Below are positions 1 to 9,992 of a DNA stretch of 64,000 bases, one piece after another. Source of the DNA: an uncultured Verrucomicrobiae bacterium (GTDB lineage: Bacteria > Verrucomicrobiota > Verrucomicrobiia > Chthoniobacterales > UBA10450); NCBI GenBank assembly GCA_963815455.1, contig CAWFGO010000003.1:128001-192000 (forward strand), written 5' to 3'. Position numbers and translations under genes: made by a program. The first letter of the stretch is position 1. Each line of letters starts with the position of its first letter. Below the pieces are notes generated by a model. It searched no databases and had not been told where the DNA came from. It saw only the letters and a list, made by a program, of their open reading frames with translations.

Positions 1-1614
1 TTCCGCCCCCTCGAAAGCGAGCGAACCGTTTTTTTCCTCGAAATAACCAAACCTGGCAAAGATTTCGTCGAGCAACTGATCGACCGTTTGAGCTCGTGAT
101 TGAGCGTAGGCGGCCACTTCGCAAAACATGATTGCCGCCCCGTTGCCGTCCTTATCGTGGACAAAATCGGCGCCGCTGTAGCCGTAGCTCTCTTCGCCGC
201 CAAAGACATAATAGGAAGAGTGCTCGAGGCGGACAGCGCGTGTTTCCGATTCGGGAAGGTGGCGATATTTCTTACGAACATCGGCCGGCAACGCGCGTTC
301 GTATTTGGCCAGCTTGGCGCCGATGTATTTGAAACCGGTAAGTGTCTCGACGCAGCGCAGGCCGTAATGCTCGGCGATCGCCTTGAGGAGATTCGTCGTG
401 ACGAACGTCTTAATGATCACGGCGCGCGACGCATTTTTTTTGTGAAGAACGCCCTGGTCAAACAATGTTTTCGTCCGGTACCAGGCAATCAAGGCCGCGA
501 TCTGGTTGCCGGTCAGCAATTTCATTTCGCCGGCCCGGGTCCGAACCGCCACGCCCATTCGATCACAATCGGGATCCGTCGCGATCACGACATGGGCCGC
601 GGTTTTTCGGGCCAGGTCGATTCCCATCTGGAGAGCCTCGGCGTTTTCCGGGTTGGGGGACTTCACGGTGGGGAATCGGCCATCGAACCGGTCTTGTTCT
701 GGAACAGTTGTAGAATTGAATCCGAGCCGTTTGAGCATTGGTTTCAAAACGACGCCGCCGGTTCCGTGGAGAGGCGTGAAAATGACCCGAAGCGTTTCTG
801 CTGCGGAAACGATGGCAGGATCGAGAACCAAAGTCTCCAGGCGCTTCATGTAGGCGTCATCAACTTCGTGGCCAAGTCGAGAGACGGTTCCTTGTCGATC
901 TTCCGGCAACGAATGACAGGACTCGGTCGCGATCGCATTCACCTTCGCGATAATTCCGCTGGCATGCGGCTCGATCACCTGGCCGCCGTCGCCGAAGTAA
1001 ACTTTGTAACCGTTATCATGCGGCGGATTATGGCTGGCGGTGATGACGATGCCGGCGCTGGCGTTGAGATAACGAACCGCGAACGAGAGCTCAGGAGTCG
1101 AACGTGGTCCGTCGAAAACGAAGGCGTCGGCGCCACCCCCTGCGGCGACATTCGCGGTCAGGTCGGCGAACTCCCTGGAAAAGAAGCGCGTGTCGTGGGC
1201 GATGACAATTTTCGGTTTACCGGAAAGTTTTTGCCGATCGAACCAGTCCCACAGGTAGGCGACGAGTCCTTGCGTGGCGCGACTCACACTGTAGAAATTC
1301 ATCGCGTTTGTGCCGACGCACGGAAATTCCGGGCGCTCATTCTTGGTCGCGTGCCCGCGTTCCACGGCGGTGACGATTCGGCCAATCGTCCGGCCACGGA
1401 GGCCGCCCGTGCCGAACGCAAGCGTCTTGTAAAAACGATCGTTCAATTCGTTCCAGGCACCGGCCTCGGCGAGCTCGATCACGCTCTCCATGTAAAGCGG
1501 CGAGGCATTACCGCTCAGAAGGGAACGAATGTTCTTCGCCGCCGGCGCGATTAATTGAGCGTTGGCAACGGCGCTCTCGATAAGGGAACTGATGTGCTTC
1601 AGGTCGACGGGCAT
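1..1614 (-). CDS. Phosphoglucomutase/phosphomannomutase family phosphohexomutase (runs off the left edge)
   Basis: Manual minus-strand translation from ATG 1614: MPVDLKHISS...FYKTLAFGTGGLRG...GIVITASHNPPHDNGYKVY...VIATDPDCDRMGV. These are the phosphoserine and metal loops. Not in the ORF track because there is no stop in the window. Confidence 0.92.
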   Translation of the reverse strand, partial: MPVDLKHISSLIESAVANAQLIAPAAKNIRSLLSGNASPLYMESVIELAEAGAWNELNDRFYKTLAFGTGGLRGRTIGRIVTAVERGHATKNERPEFPCVGTNAMNFYSVSRATQGLVAYLWDWFDRQKLSGKPKIVIAHDTRFFSREFADLTANVAAGGGADAFVFDGPRSTPELSFAVRYLNASAGIVITASHNPPHDNGYKVYFGDGGQVIEPHASGIIAKVNAIATESCHSLPEDRQGTVSRLGHEVDDAYMKRLETLVLDPAIVSAAETLRVIFTPLHGTGGVVLKPMLKRLGFNSTTVPEQDRFDGRFPTVKSPNPENAEALQMGIDLARKTAAHVVIATDPDCDRMGVAVRTRAGEMKLLTGNQIAALIAWYRTKTLFDQGVLHKKNASRAVIIKTFVTTNLLKAIAEHYGLRCVETLTGFKYIGAKLAKYERALPADVRKKYRHLPESETRAVRLEHSSYYVFGGEESYGYSGADFVHDKDGNGAAIMFCEVAAYAQSRAQTVDQLLDEIFARFGYFEEKNGSLAFEGAE

Positions 1615-1755
1615 CGCTGCCACTGTTGCGGCGCTTTTGGCCTTTGCAAGCCAGTTGCGGCCGGCGTCGTCGGCTGCGTTGTAGCCGCGGGCGTTGACCT
1701 CGGCCACATCAGCGCTGTCGATCTAGCGGATCCCGGTCAGCGACAAGCGGCTAGT

Positions 1756-4128
1756 TTACGGGTAGGACGTGCCGAGATTGGATTTCACCTCGCCGACATC
1801 GGTGGCATTGATGGTTCCATTTGCGTTGATGTCGTTACGGAAATTGGTCGCGTCCACCGACGAGCCGATTTGTCCCTTGGTCTGCGCCACATCGGAAGCA
1901 TTCACTGTCGCGTTGGCGGTCGTGTCGCCCATGAGCATGATCACGTTAACAGCCGTATCTGGCAGTGTTTGACCAAATGTATCCGTTACACCGGCTGCGG
2001 TCACCGTGAGCTGCTGGTCGTCGGTCACGCCGGTCAGATTCACGGTCATGGTATTTCCGGAAAAGCTCGGGCTTCCGGATACGGTGCCAGTGCCGCTGGT
2101 CACGCTCGCGTTTCCGCTGACAACGTCGTTGCTGAACGTGAACACAAAAGTATGAGCGCCGCCCGTGTTTCGGCACTCGATCCCGGGCCCGCCAGTGAGC
2201 GGAAGATCGACATCGAAGTCGCCCGCGCCGCCATGGGTCTTGCGGGAAACGACGCTGGTGATCGCCAGAGGATTACACGGATCCGGCGCCGGGGCCTGGA
2301 TGGCCACCGTGATCGGACTGCCGGTCTTAAAGAAACCGACGGTAGCGTTCGTATTCACCGGCGGCTTGTTCGAATCGAATCGGAAGTTATACAAGGTGCC
2401 CCAGCGAATCGCATTGGCGTTCTGGTTTTGGGCAAAGGTTTCGCAATTCCAGGTCAGCGAATCGGCGGTCTGATTCGAAGCCCAGGGAGTGCTGCTAAAC
2501 CCCGCATTTCCCAAAGTTCCGTCGTTTGCGATTCCCGGATGTTGGGGTGGGGCGTGGAAGTCGAGATTGCTCACGGTAATGCCGCAACCGAGCGGCACCC
2601 TGAAGGACTGAATCGCACGATCGAGATTTTCGTTGTAAACGGCGTACTCATAGTGCCAGACGCCAGCAGAAGGGTTGGTCACCTTGTAAGCGATCCGGCC
2701 CTCGCCATCGTTCCCCGAATCCGGCTCGAATGGAACGATGGTCGCTCCGGTCCAGGCAAGGATGGCCGGTTTCATCCGCTGTGTGGAGGCGACCGGAGAA
2801 AAAGTGAAGCTCGTTGTGCCCGAAACACTGAACTGACGGTAGGAGACGTTGTTGTACATGTTGCACTCATGCGCGTGGGCCTGGCACCAGGCGTACTCGT
2901 GAGGAGTTACATATTGACCCTCGGCGAAATAAGTTGCGCCTGGATTCAGGGTGGTATTGAGGTCGCTCATTGCCACGAGAACCCGGTGTGTCGTGCCCGT
3001 GTGCGTGTGGCCGGTATGGTTGGCGGAAGTCGATGGATAGGCGCCGGTAAATGGATTCACCCATGCGCGGGAACCCAAACCGCTGGCACTCCCGGAACCC
3101 TGGCCGTAGTTCAAGCTGGCCGAGTAAGGATCGGAGCATCCCGAGCCAAGATGACTGCCCCCTACGCCGTTACAGCCATAGCCGCAGACGTTTTGAGTCA
3201 AGGCGGTGAAAGCATGTTTCAACCACGATTGTCCGATTTGTTCGAAACGATCCGTGTTGCTGGTCCCTCCGCTCATCCGATATAGATTTTGCGGAATGAC
3301 TGGATGGTCGGTGTTCGTCAACTGAAACCAGTTCAAATCCACGACGCCGGCATTGCAGGAAGTCGTTCCGACCCCGAGGCCGACAAAACTTCCGCTGCTT
3401 CCGCCCTGCTCAACCGAGGGCAGATCTCCCACAATGACATCCGGTCCCGGAGTCGTCCCATTGGCCGGTTGGACGGCGCGTGCCGGCATCACTGCCGATT
3501 CCACCGCACCGTTGACCACCTTTTGGATTTCAATCGGAGACACGGTCGCCGTTATCGATATTGTCCCGACGATGGAACCACCTTCCGTGGGGCGGCCAAG
3601 CTTCTTGGCGAACTCATTGGAAATCACGAGTTTTCCATCGGTAATGCTGAGCAAGTGCTTGCTCGCGTCGTAATCATAAGAGTGTCCTATCACGCCGAAA
3701 AATACGAATCCCGTCTTGGCATCGCGAACGGCCAGGTCGAAAAGCTCTTCCGCTCCGAGTTTTTCGATTGCCAATTGATTCAAGGACGCCTTCAGCACCG
3801 CTGGAAGCGCGGCTGAATTTTGGGAAGCGAGCGACATCGAACCCGGCTCGGGACCCCGCAGGAGATTGTTAAAAATGACGGCCGTGAAAAAGGAATCGGG
3901 AGCGACGGTGAAGCGCAGCGTTTCCAATTTCGCATTGCCGGTCGAGGCCGCGCCGCTAAGTCGCTTAAGATCGACATTCATGGCCACGACGCCGTTGGAC
4001 ACCAGCATTTTTTCAAGGGTGCCAGTGGGCGCGTCCGGATTTTTCGGCTGGGCCAGGGAACTCTCCTGACTATTGCAGAAGAGCAAAAGTGTTGGGAGAA
4101 CGAAGTAGACGAACAGTTTTTTCGACAT
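1756..4128 (-). CDS. Secreted 790-aa protein: signal peptide, beta-rich N domain, Cys/His-rich core (possibly lysyl-oxidase-like), C-terminal Ig-like plus dockerin-like module
   Basis: Signal peptide MSKKLFVYFVLPTLLLFC; core GPDVIVGD...KHAF...GCSDPY...HTGHTH; tail GDTTANATVNASD...NDINANGTINATD. Confidence 0.8.
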   Translation of the reverse strand: MSKKLFVYFVLPTLLLFCNSQESSLAQPKNPDAPTGTLEKMLVSNGVVAMNVDLKRLSGAASTGNAKLETLRFTVAPDSFFTAVIFNNLLRGPEPGSMSLASQNSAALPAVLKASLNQLAIEKLGAEELFDLAVRDAKTGFVFFGVIGHSYDYDASKHLLSITDGKLVISNEFAKKLGRPTEGGSIVGTISITATVSPIEIQKVVNGAVESAVMPARAVQPANGTTPGPDVIVGDLPSVEQGGSSGSFVGLGVGTTSCNAGVVDLNWFQLTNTDHPVIPQNLYRMSGGTSNTDRFEQIGQSWLKHAFTALTQNVCGYGCNGVGGSHLGSGCSDPYSASLNYGQGSGSASGLGSRAWVNPFTGAYPSTSANHTGHTHTGTTHRVLVAMSDLNTTLNPGATYFAEGQYVTPHEYAWCQAHAHECNMYNNVSYRQFSVSGTTSFTFSPVASTQRMKPAILAWTGATIVPFEPDSGNDGEGRIAYKVTNPSAGVWHYEYAVYNENLDRAIQSFRVPLGCGITVSNLDFHAPPQHPGIANDGTLGNAGFSSTPWASNQTADSLTWNCETFAQNQNANAIRWGTLYNFRFDSNKPPVNTNATVGFFKTGSPITVAIQAPAPDPCNPLAITSVVSRKTHGGAGDFDVDLPLTGGPGIECRNTGGAHTFVFTFSNDVVSGNASVTSGTGTVSGSPSFSGNTMTVNLTGVTDDQQLTVTAAGVTDTFGQTLPDTAVNVIMLMGDTTANATVNASDVAQTKGQIGSSVDATNFRNDINANGTINATDVGEVKSNLGTSYP

Positions 4129-4317
4129 TGGTTTTTTATTCCTCCGAGTTTCGGCTTCGAGAGCATTTCCGATTGAAGCCGGATGCTCTATATACTACGG
4201 CACACAAAAAGTAGAGCTTTTTCTTCTTTAGGCCGCCCGTGAAAACAACCGGACCTTGCACCCGTCGGATTCAATCTGACCGAGCGGTGCTTCTCTGGGA
4301 ACCTATTACGCCGTGGC

Positions 4318-6696
4318 CTATGGCACCGACTTGCCGAGGTTGGATTTCACCTCGCCGACATCGGTCGCGTTGATCGTTCCATTTGCGTTGATGTCGTTAC
4401 GGAAATTGGTCGCGTCCACCGACGAGCCGATTTGTCCCTTGGTCTGCGCCACATCGGAAGCATTCACTGTTGCGTTGGCGGTCGTGTCGCCCATGAGCAT
4501 GATCACGTTAACAGCCGTATCTGGCAGTGTTTGACCAAATGTATCCGTTACACCGGCTGCGGTCACGGTGAGCTGCTGGTCGTCGGCCACGCCGGTCAGA
4601 TTCACGGTCATGGTATTTCCGGAAAAGCTCGGGCTTCCCGATACGGTGCCGGTGCCGCTGGTCACGCTCGCGTTTCCGCTGACAACATCGTTGCTGAACG
4701 TGAACACAAAAGTATGAGCGCCGCCCGTGTTTCGGCACTCGATCCCGGGCCCGCCAGTGAGCGGAAGATCGACATCGAAGTCGCCCGCGCCGCCATGGGT
4801 TTTGCGGGAAACGACGCTGGTGATCGCCAGGGGATTACACGGATCCGGCGCCGGGGCCTGGATGGCCACCATAATGGGGCTGCCGGTCTTAAAGAAACCG
4901 ACAGTAGCGTTCGTATTCACCGGCGGCTTGTTCGAATCGAATCGGAAGTTATACATGGTGCCCCAGCGAATTGCATTGGCGTTCTGGTTTTGGGCAAAGG
5001 TTTCGCAATTCCAAGTCAGCGAATCGGCGGTCTGATTCGAAGCCCAGGGAGTGTTGCTGTAGCCGGCGCTATTCTGGGTGCCGTCGTTTGAGAACGCAGC
5101 TGGTTGAAGTGGCGCATGAAATCCGAGATTATTTGTCGTGATTCCACAGCCAAGAGGCACGCTGAAAGACTGAATCGCGCGATCGAGATTCTCGTTGTAA
5201 ACGGCATACTCATAATGCCAGACCCCCGCCGACGGATTGGTCACTTTGTAGGAGACGATGCCAATGCCATCAATGCCCGGCGCCGGCTCGAATTGAGACG
5301 CGGTTGCTCCCGTCCAGGCCAGAATGGCCGGCTTCGTGCGCTGAGTGGCTCCGACCGGCGAGAAGGAAAAACTCGTGGTCCCGGTCACACTGAACTGACG
5401 GTAAGAAACATTGTTGTACATGTTGCACTCGCCGGAATGCCCCTGGCACCAGGCGTATTCGTGCGGCGTCACATATTGAGCCTCGCCAAAGTAGGTGGCG
5501 CCGGGGTTCAGAGTCGTATTCAGGTCCGCCTGCTCCACCAGAACGCGGTGGGAACTGCCGTTATGGACGTGCCCATTGTGATCGCGGGAGGTCGGCTGGC
5601 CGTCGCCGTTGGTGGTGTTGGGATAGAATCCGGTAAATGGATTCGCCCACGCTCGCGAGCCAATCCCCGTCTGGCTTCCATTAAGGCCGGTGTCGTACGG
5701 ATCCGAGCAGCCCGAGCCGAGGTGAGTTCCTCCGGTGCCATTACAGCCAAAACTGCAGACATTTTGGGTCAGAGCAGTGAAGGCATGTTTCATCCAGCCT
5801 TGACCGATCTGTTCCATGCGGTCTGTGTTAGCACTCATCCGATAGAGGTTCTGCGGAATGACGGGGTGATCGTTGCTCGGCAATGCAAACCAGTCTAAAT
5901 CGACGACGCCGGCGTTGCACGAAGTCGTCGCGATCGCCAGGCCTACCTGTGTCCCGCTGCTACCCGATTGCACCATCGAGGGCATATCGCCCACAATTAC
6001 GTCCGGTCCGGGCGTTGTTCCCACGGCGGGCGTAACGTGCGACGGCATGACCGCGGAACGCACTTCACCATTTACGACCCGCTTAATTTCAATCGGGGAC
6101 ACGCTGGTGGTGCTCGCGATCGTTCCAACAATCTTGCCGGAGTCCGCCGGGCGACCGAGCGTCTTGGCAAAGTCCGCTGAGATCAGCAACCGCCCGTCTG
6201 TCAGGGCGAACGTGTTCGTGGCGGCGTCGTAATGGTACTGATTGCCCTCTACATTGAAAAAGACGAAGCCCGACTTGCCGTCGCGCACAACGAATTCGAC
6301 AGACTCGCCCCACCCAAGCCGCTCGACCATGAGTTGGCCGAACGAACCGCTGAGGGCTGCCGGCACATTCGCTCTGTCTTGCGGCACCAGCTGCATCGAC
6401 CCCGGTTCAGCGGCGCGCAATTCGTTGTTAAATACAAGAATGGTGAAAAATGATTCCGGCGCCACATCGAAACGCAGAGCGGTAGACGCTGATTTGCCGG
6501 CTACTGCCTCGATGCCGTTGAGGCGATTTTGATCGATGTTCATGGTCACGACGCCATTCACGACCATCAATTTTTCAAACGTACCGGTTGGAACGTCGGG
6601 GCCTTCTTTGTTAGGCTGGGCTACAATATTTTGTGAGCTATTGCAGAAGAGCAAAAGCAGGGGGAGAACGCAGTAGGTGAACAGTTTCTTTGACAT
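4318..6696 (-). CDS. Tandem paralog of 1756..4128 (792 aa)
   Basis: Collinear with the same motifs; the 3' ~710 nt is nearly identical. Confidence 0.8.
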   Translation of the reverse strand: MSKKLFTYCVLPLLLLFCNSSQNIVAQPNKEGPDVPTGTFEKLMVVNGVVTMNIDQNRLNGIEAVAGKSASTALRFDVAPESFFTILVFNNELRAAEPGSMQLVPQDRANVPAALSGSFGQLMVERLGWGESVEFVVRDGKSGFVFFNVEGNQYHYDAATNTFALTDGRLLISADFAKTLGRPADSGKIVGTIASTTSVSPIEIKRVVNGEVRSAVMPSHVTPAVGTTPGPDVIVGDMPSMVQSGSSGTQVGLAIATTSCNAGVVDLDWFALPSNDHPVIPQNLYRMSANTDRMEQIGQGWMKHAFTALTQNVCSFGCNGTGGTHLGSGCSDPYDTGLNGSQTGIGSRAWANPFTGFYPNTTNGDGQPTSRDHNGHVHNGSSHRVLVEQADLNTTLNPGATYFGEAQYVTPHEYAWCQGHSGECNMYNNVSYRQFSVTGTTSFSFSPVGATQRTKPAILAWTGATASQFEPAPGIDGIGIVSYKVTNPSAGVWHYEYAVYNENLDRAIQSFSVPLGCGITTNNLGFHAPLQPAAFSNDGTQNSAGYSNTPWASNQTADSLTWNCETFAQNQNANAIRWGTMYNFRFDSNKPPVNTNATVGFFKTGSPIMVAIQAPAPDPCNPLAITSVVSRKTHGGAGDFDVDLPLTGGPGIECRNTGGAHTFVFTFSNDVVSGNASVTSGTGTVSGSPSFSGNTMTVNLTGVADDQQLTVTAAGVTDTFGQTLPDTAVNVIMLMGDTTANATVNASDVAQTKGQIGSSVDATNFRNDINANGTINATDVGEVKSNLGKSVP

Positions 6697-6866
6697 TGTG
6701 TTTAATCCTTCAGATTTCGTGGGACAGTTCGAACGAGAATCGAACGATAGCCGGTGATGTTATACAGCTACCTGCCCAAAAGTAGAGTACTTTTTATTAT
6801 GATTTTTTGGGGTAATCTCTTGGGCAGTGGTTCTGCGGCTCCTGGCCCAGACCCTTCGCCAAGGTT

Positions 6867-8756
6867 GTGAAAAGCGGTTGCATAAGCAGGGAATTCAGAA
6901 ATGGGGAGTCGGCTCAACTCCCCGGGCGCAACGATCCGCTCCACCGGAGCGGTATTCGCAAATCGAAGACCGGCCGTTGGCGCGGCGCGACACTTCTTCT
7001 TCTGAATCTCCTGATGATCGCCCACATCATCCAGTGGCGGTTCATGGGCAAGACCATCTCGCCGATCGAACCTTCGGAGACGATGCACACTCTCCAGCGC
7101 GGCGCCATCAACGCGGGCTTTATCTTTTTTACCCTGGCCATTCTGGCGACGCTGATCTTCGGACGTTTCGTGTGCGGCTGGGGTTGTCATATCCTCGCCC
7201 TGCAGGATTTCTGCGGGTGGATGCTCAAGAAAATGGGGCTTCATCCAAAACCTTTTCGGTCACGGCTGCTGGTTTATGTCCCGCTCATTGGCGCGCTTTA
7301 CATGTTCGTGTGGCCGACCGCCTACAAATTCTTCGCCAGTTCGGAGCCCGGGCCGCTTATTCCGAAATTCACCAATCATCTGGTGACCACCAATTTTTGG
7401 GAAACCTTCCCGACCGCTTCCGTCGCCATCCCGTTTCTTTTTATCTGCGGCTTCATGATCGTCTATTTTCTGGGACAAAAAGGATTCTGCACTTACGCCT
7501 GTCCCTACGGCGGGTTCTTCGGTCTGGCGGACAAGCTGTCGCCCGGAAAAATCCGCGTGACCGATGCCTGCAATCAATGCGGCCACTGCACCGCGACCTG
7601 CACTTCCAACGTTCTCGTCCATGCTGAGGTGAAACAATTCAAGATGGTTGTCGATCCTGGCTGCATGAAATGCATGGATTGCGTGAGCGTTTGCCCGAAC
7701 GACGCGCTCTACTTCGGTTTCGGGAAACCGACGCTGCTGGCTCCAAAATCGAACGCCATCAAAAGAAACTATTCGGTCACGTGGCCTGAAGAAATGGTCG
7801 GGGCGGCAATATTTCTCGCGAGTTTTCTGGCTGTTCGAAACGTCTACGCCCTGGTTCCATTTTTGATGGCCCTCGGTGTCGCCACGATCACAACATTTCT
7901 CGCTCTGAAAATGTGGCGATTGCTCAAGACGGGCGAACTTTCGTTTTACCGATTCAATCTAAAGTCGGCCGGCGAAATTCGGCCAGCCGGATGGATTTTC
8001 GCGCTTTTCGCCGTGGTCTGGATCGGCCTGAACGCGCATAGCGGCTGGATTCGATATCTGGAATACAAGGGCGACCGCGCTTTTCAAAAAATCCAAATCC
8101 CCGACGAACTCGCTCTGGCCCAGAAAAATCCGGCCCCGTGGCTGAGTCCCGGCGATCGTCAAAGCGTCGAGGAAGGTAAGAAATATCTTACCACTGCATC
8201 CCGGTTGGGCCTCTTCGCGAATAACGAGGCGATGTCGAAGCTGGCCTGGTTCGAGTATCTCTCCGGCGACGCCGAGCAATCGGTCCAATTGCTTTCCCAG
8301 GCCGCGACTCGGCAGCGTGGGCAAGGCAAAGCGCTCAGCCTTTACTATCGCGGCGCGATTCTTAATCTCATAGGACGCTACGAGCAGGCGTTAACGTCTC
8401 TCGATGACGCATTGGCACAGCGGCCCGATCTCATCGTCGCGCGCCAGGAAAAAGGCGAATCGCTCTGGCGCCTCGATCGCAAGGAGGATGCGATCTCGGT
8501 TTGGACGGACGCCGTCCGGCGCGCTCCACACCTGGCCTTGGCCAACAACCAGCTCGCCGGCGCGGAGCGGTCTCTCGGCAAACTGGACGAAGCAGCGGCT
8601 CACGAAAAACAGGCGGACGAAGCTACTCCCGACAATCCGGCCTACCACTGGATGCTCGCCCAGCGTTTGCAAAATCTAGGAATGACTGCCCTGGCCCAAA
8701 AACATTTCCAGCGGGCGAATCAACTCGATCCGTCGTTCCAGACTCGCTCCAGATAA
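6867..8756 (+). CDS. Membrane 4Fe-4S polyferredoxin (NapH/MauN/CcoG-like) fused to C-terminal TPR repeats
   Basis: Several TM helices, GRFVCGWGC, FCTYACPYG, CNQCGHCTATC, CMKCMDCVSVCP, then TPR-like helices (YYRGAILNLIGRYEQALTSLDDAL). Confidence 0.85.
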   Translation: MKSGCISREFRNGESAQLPGRNDPLHRSGIRKSKTGRWRGATLLLLNLLMIAHIIQWRFMGKTISPIEPSETMHTLQRGAINAGFIFFTLAILATLIFGRFVCGWGCHILALQDFCGWMLKKMGLHPKPFRSRLLVYVPLIGALYMFVWPTAYKFFASSEPGPLIPKFTNHLVTTNFWETFPTASVAIPFLFICGFMIVYFLGQKGFCTYACPYGGFFGLADKLSPGKIRVTDACNQCGHCTATCTSNVLVHAEVKQFKMVVDPGCMKCMDCVSVCPNDALYFGFGKPTLLAPKSNAIKRNYSVTWPEEMVGAAIFLASFLAVRNVYALVPFLMALGVATITTFLALKMWRLLKTGELSFYRFNLKSAGEIRPAGWIFALFAVVWIGLNAHSGWIRYLEYKGDRAFQKIQIPDELALAQKNPAPWLSPGDRQSVEEGKKYLTTASRLGLFANNEAMSKLAWFEYLSGDAEQSVQLLSQAATRQRGQGKALSLYYRGAILNLIGRYEQALTSLDDALAQRPDLIVARQEKGESLWRLDRKEDAISVWTDAVRRAPHLALANNQLAGAERSLGKLDEAAAHEKQADEATPDNPAYHWMLAQRLQNLGMTALAQKHFQRANQLDPSFQTRSR

Positions 8757-8771
8757 AGCGTCAGCCTCTTG

Positions 8772-9992
8772 TCATTGCGCGCACTCTTCGAACGCGGCGG
8801 GCTTGCCTTGCACACAGGCCAGCGCTTCGCCGGCGAAATGAAGCGAGCCGGTGATGAGAATGCGATTCGGTCTGGCCCGGGCCAGATTCAATGCCTCGCC
8901 AATTGATGGCGTGATGGAGCAAAGGAGTAATGGACTAACGCGCGACAGCGTTCGGGCCAACTGTTCCGGATCGATGGCGCGTTCGCTTTTAATTTTCGGG
9001 AGAAACACCTGATCGCTGATCGGCGCGAGGGCTTCACAAATCCCCAGCCCATCTTTATCGGAAAGGATGGCCAGGATAATGGTGGCCCGTTCGTCGCCGA
9101 AAATTTCACGCCAGGTTTCGACCAGAACGCGGGCGGCTGCGGTATTATGCGCGCCGTCGATGATGGTGCGCTCGTCCCACGCTTGGAAACGCGTCGGCCA
9201 TTCGACCGAGGCCAGTCCCCGAGAAATCGATACGTCGTCGATGTCGATCCTGGCCGCGCGCACCGCAGCAATGGCGAGGGCGGCATTTTGTTTTTGATAG
9301 GCGCCACGTAGAAAAATCGGGCTGCGCTCGTACGGCTCGCTGATGAAGTGTAGCGGCGATTTGCATTCCACCGCGCGTGCCCGGATCACTCGTTCGGCCT
9401 CCAGCGGTTGCGCAGCGGACACAACCGGAATTTCGGGTTTGATGATGCCCGCTTTTTCCCCGGCGATTTGGGCAAGAGTGTCGCCCAGCCACTTTTGGTG
9501 ATCGAAACCGATCGGCGTAATCACCGAAACATCTGACGGCACCGCGTTGGTGGCATCGAGGCGACCGCCCAGGCCGGTCTCCAAAATGACGATGTCGATC
9601 TTGGCTTCGGCGAAGGCCTCGAGCGCGAGGGCGGTTGTAACTTCAAAAAATGTCGGATGCGGGTCCCAATCGCGAACAAGATCGCGAATCCTGGTCAGGC
9701 CGGCGGCGGTTGCTTTCTCGGAAATCATTTCGCCGTTGATACGAATCCGTTCGCGGAAGGTGATCAGGTGAGGGGAGGTGAACAGACCGGTGTGCAGGCC
9801 CTGCGCGCGCAGGATTGAATCGATCATCGCGCAGACCGAGCCTTTACCGTTCGTTCCGGCAACGTGAATGATACGATGCTGCCAATCCTGCAGATGCAGC
9901 GCGGTTAGCAGGCGCCGGATATTTTCCAGGCCGAGCTTGATCCCGAAGCGCTGAAGGCCGTAAAGCCACCCGAGCGCCCCACGGTAGTTCAT
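8772..9992 (-). CDS. folC: Folylpolyglutamate synthase/dihydrofolate synthase
   Basis: HVAGTNGKGS, FTSPHL, ETGLGGRLDATN, DGAHN. Confidence 0.96.
   Translation of the reverse strand: MNYRGALGWLYGLQRFGIKLGLENIRRLLTALHLQDWQHRIIHVAGTNGKGSVCAMIDSILRAQGLHTGLFTSPHLITFRERIRINGEMISEKATAAGLTRIRDLVRDWDPHPTFFEVTTALALEAFAEAKIDIVILETGLGGRLDATNAVPSDVSVITPIGFDHQKWLGDTLAQIAGEKAGIIKPEIPVVSAAQPLEAERVIRARAVECKSPLHFISEPYERSPIFLRGAYQKQNAALAIAAVRAARIDIDDVSISRGLASVEWPTRFQAWDERTIIDGAHNTAAARVLVETWREIFGDERATIILAILSDKDGLGICEALAPISDQVFLPKIKSERAIDPEQLARTLSRVSPLLLCSITPSIGEALNLARARPNRILITGSLHFAGEALACVQGKPAAFEECAQ

Noticed and set aside
100..3816. Long + strand ORFs (484, 576 and 175 aa)
   Set aside because: Antisense shadows of the phosphohexomutase and secreted-protein genes; no motifs, typical of GC-rich DNA.
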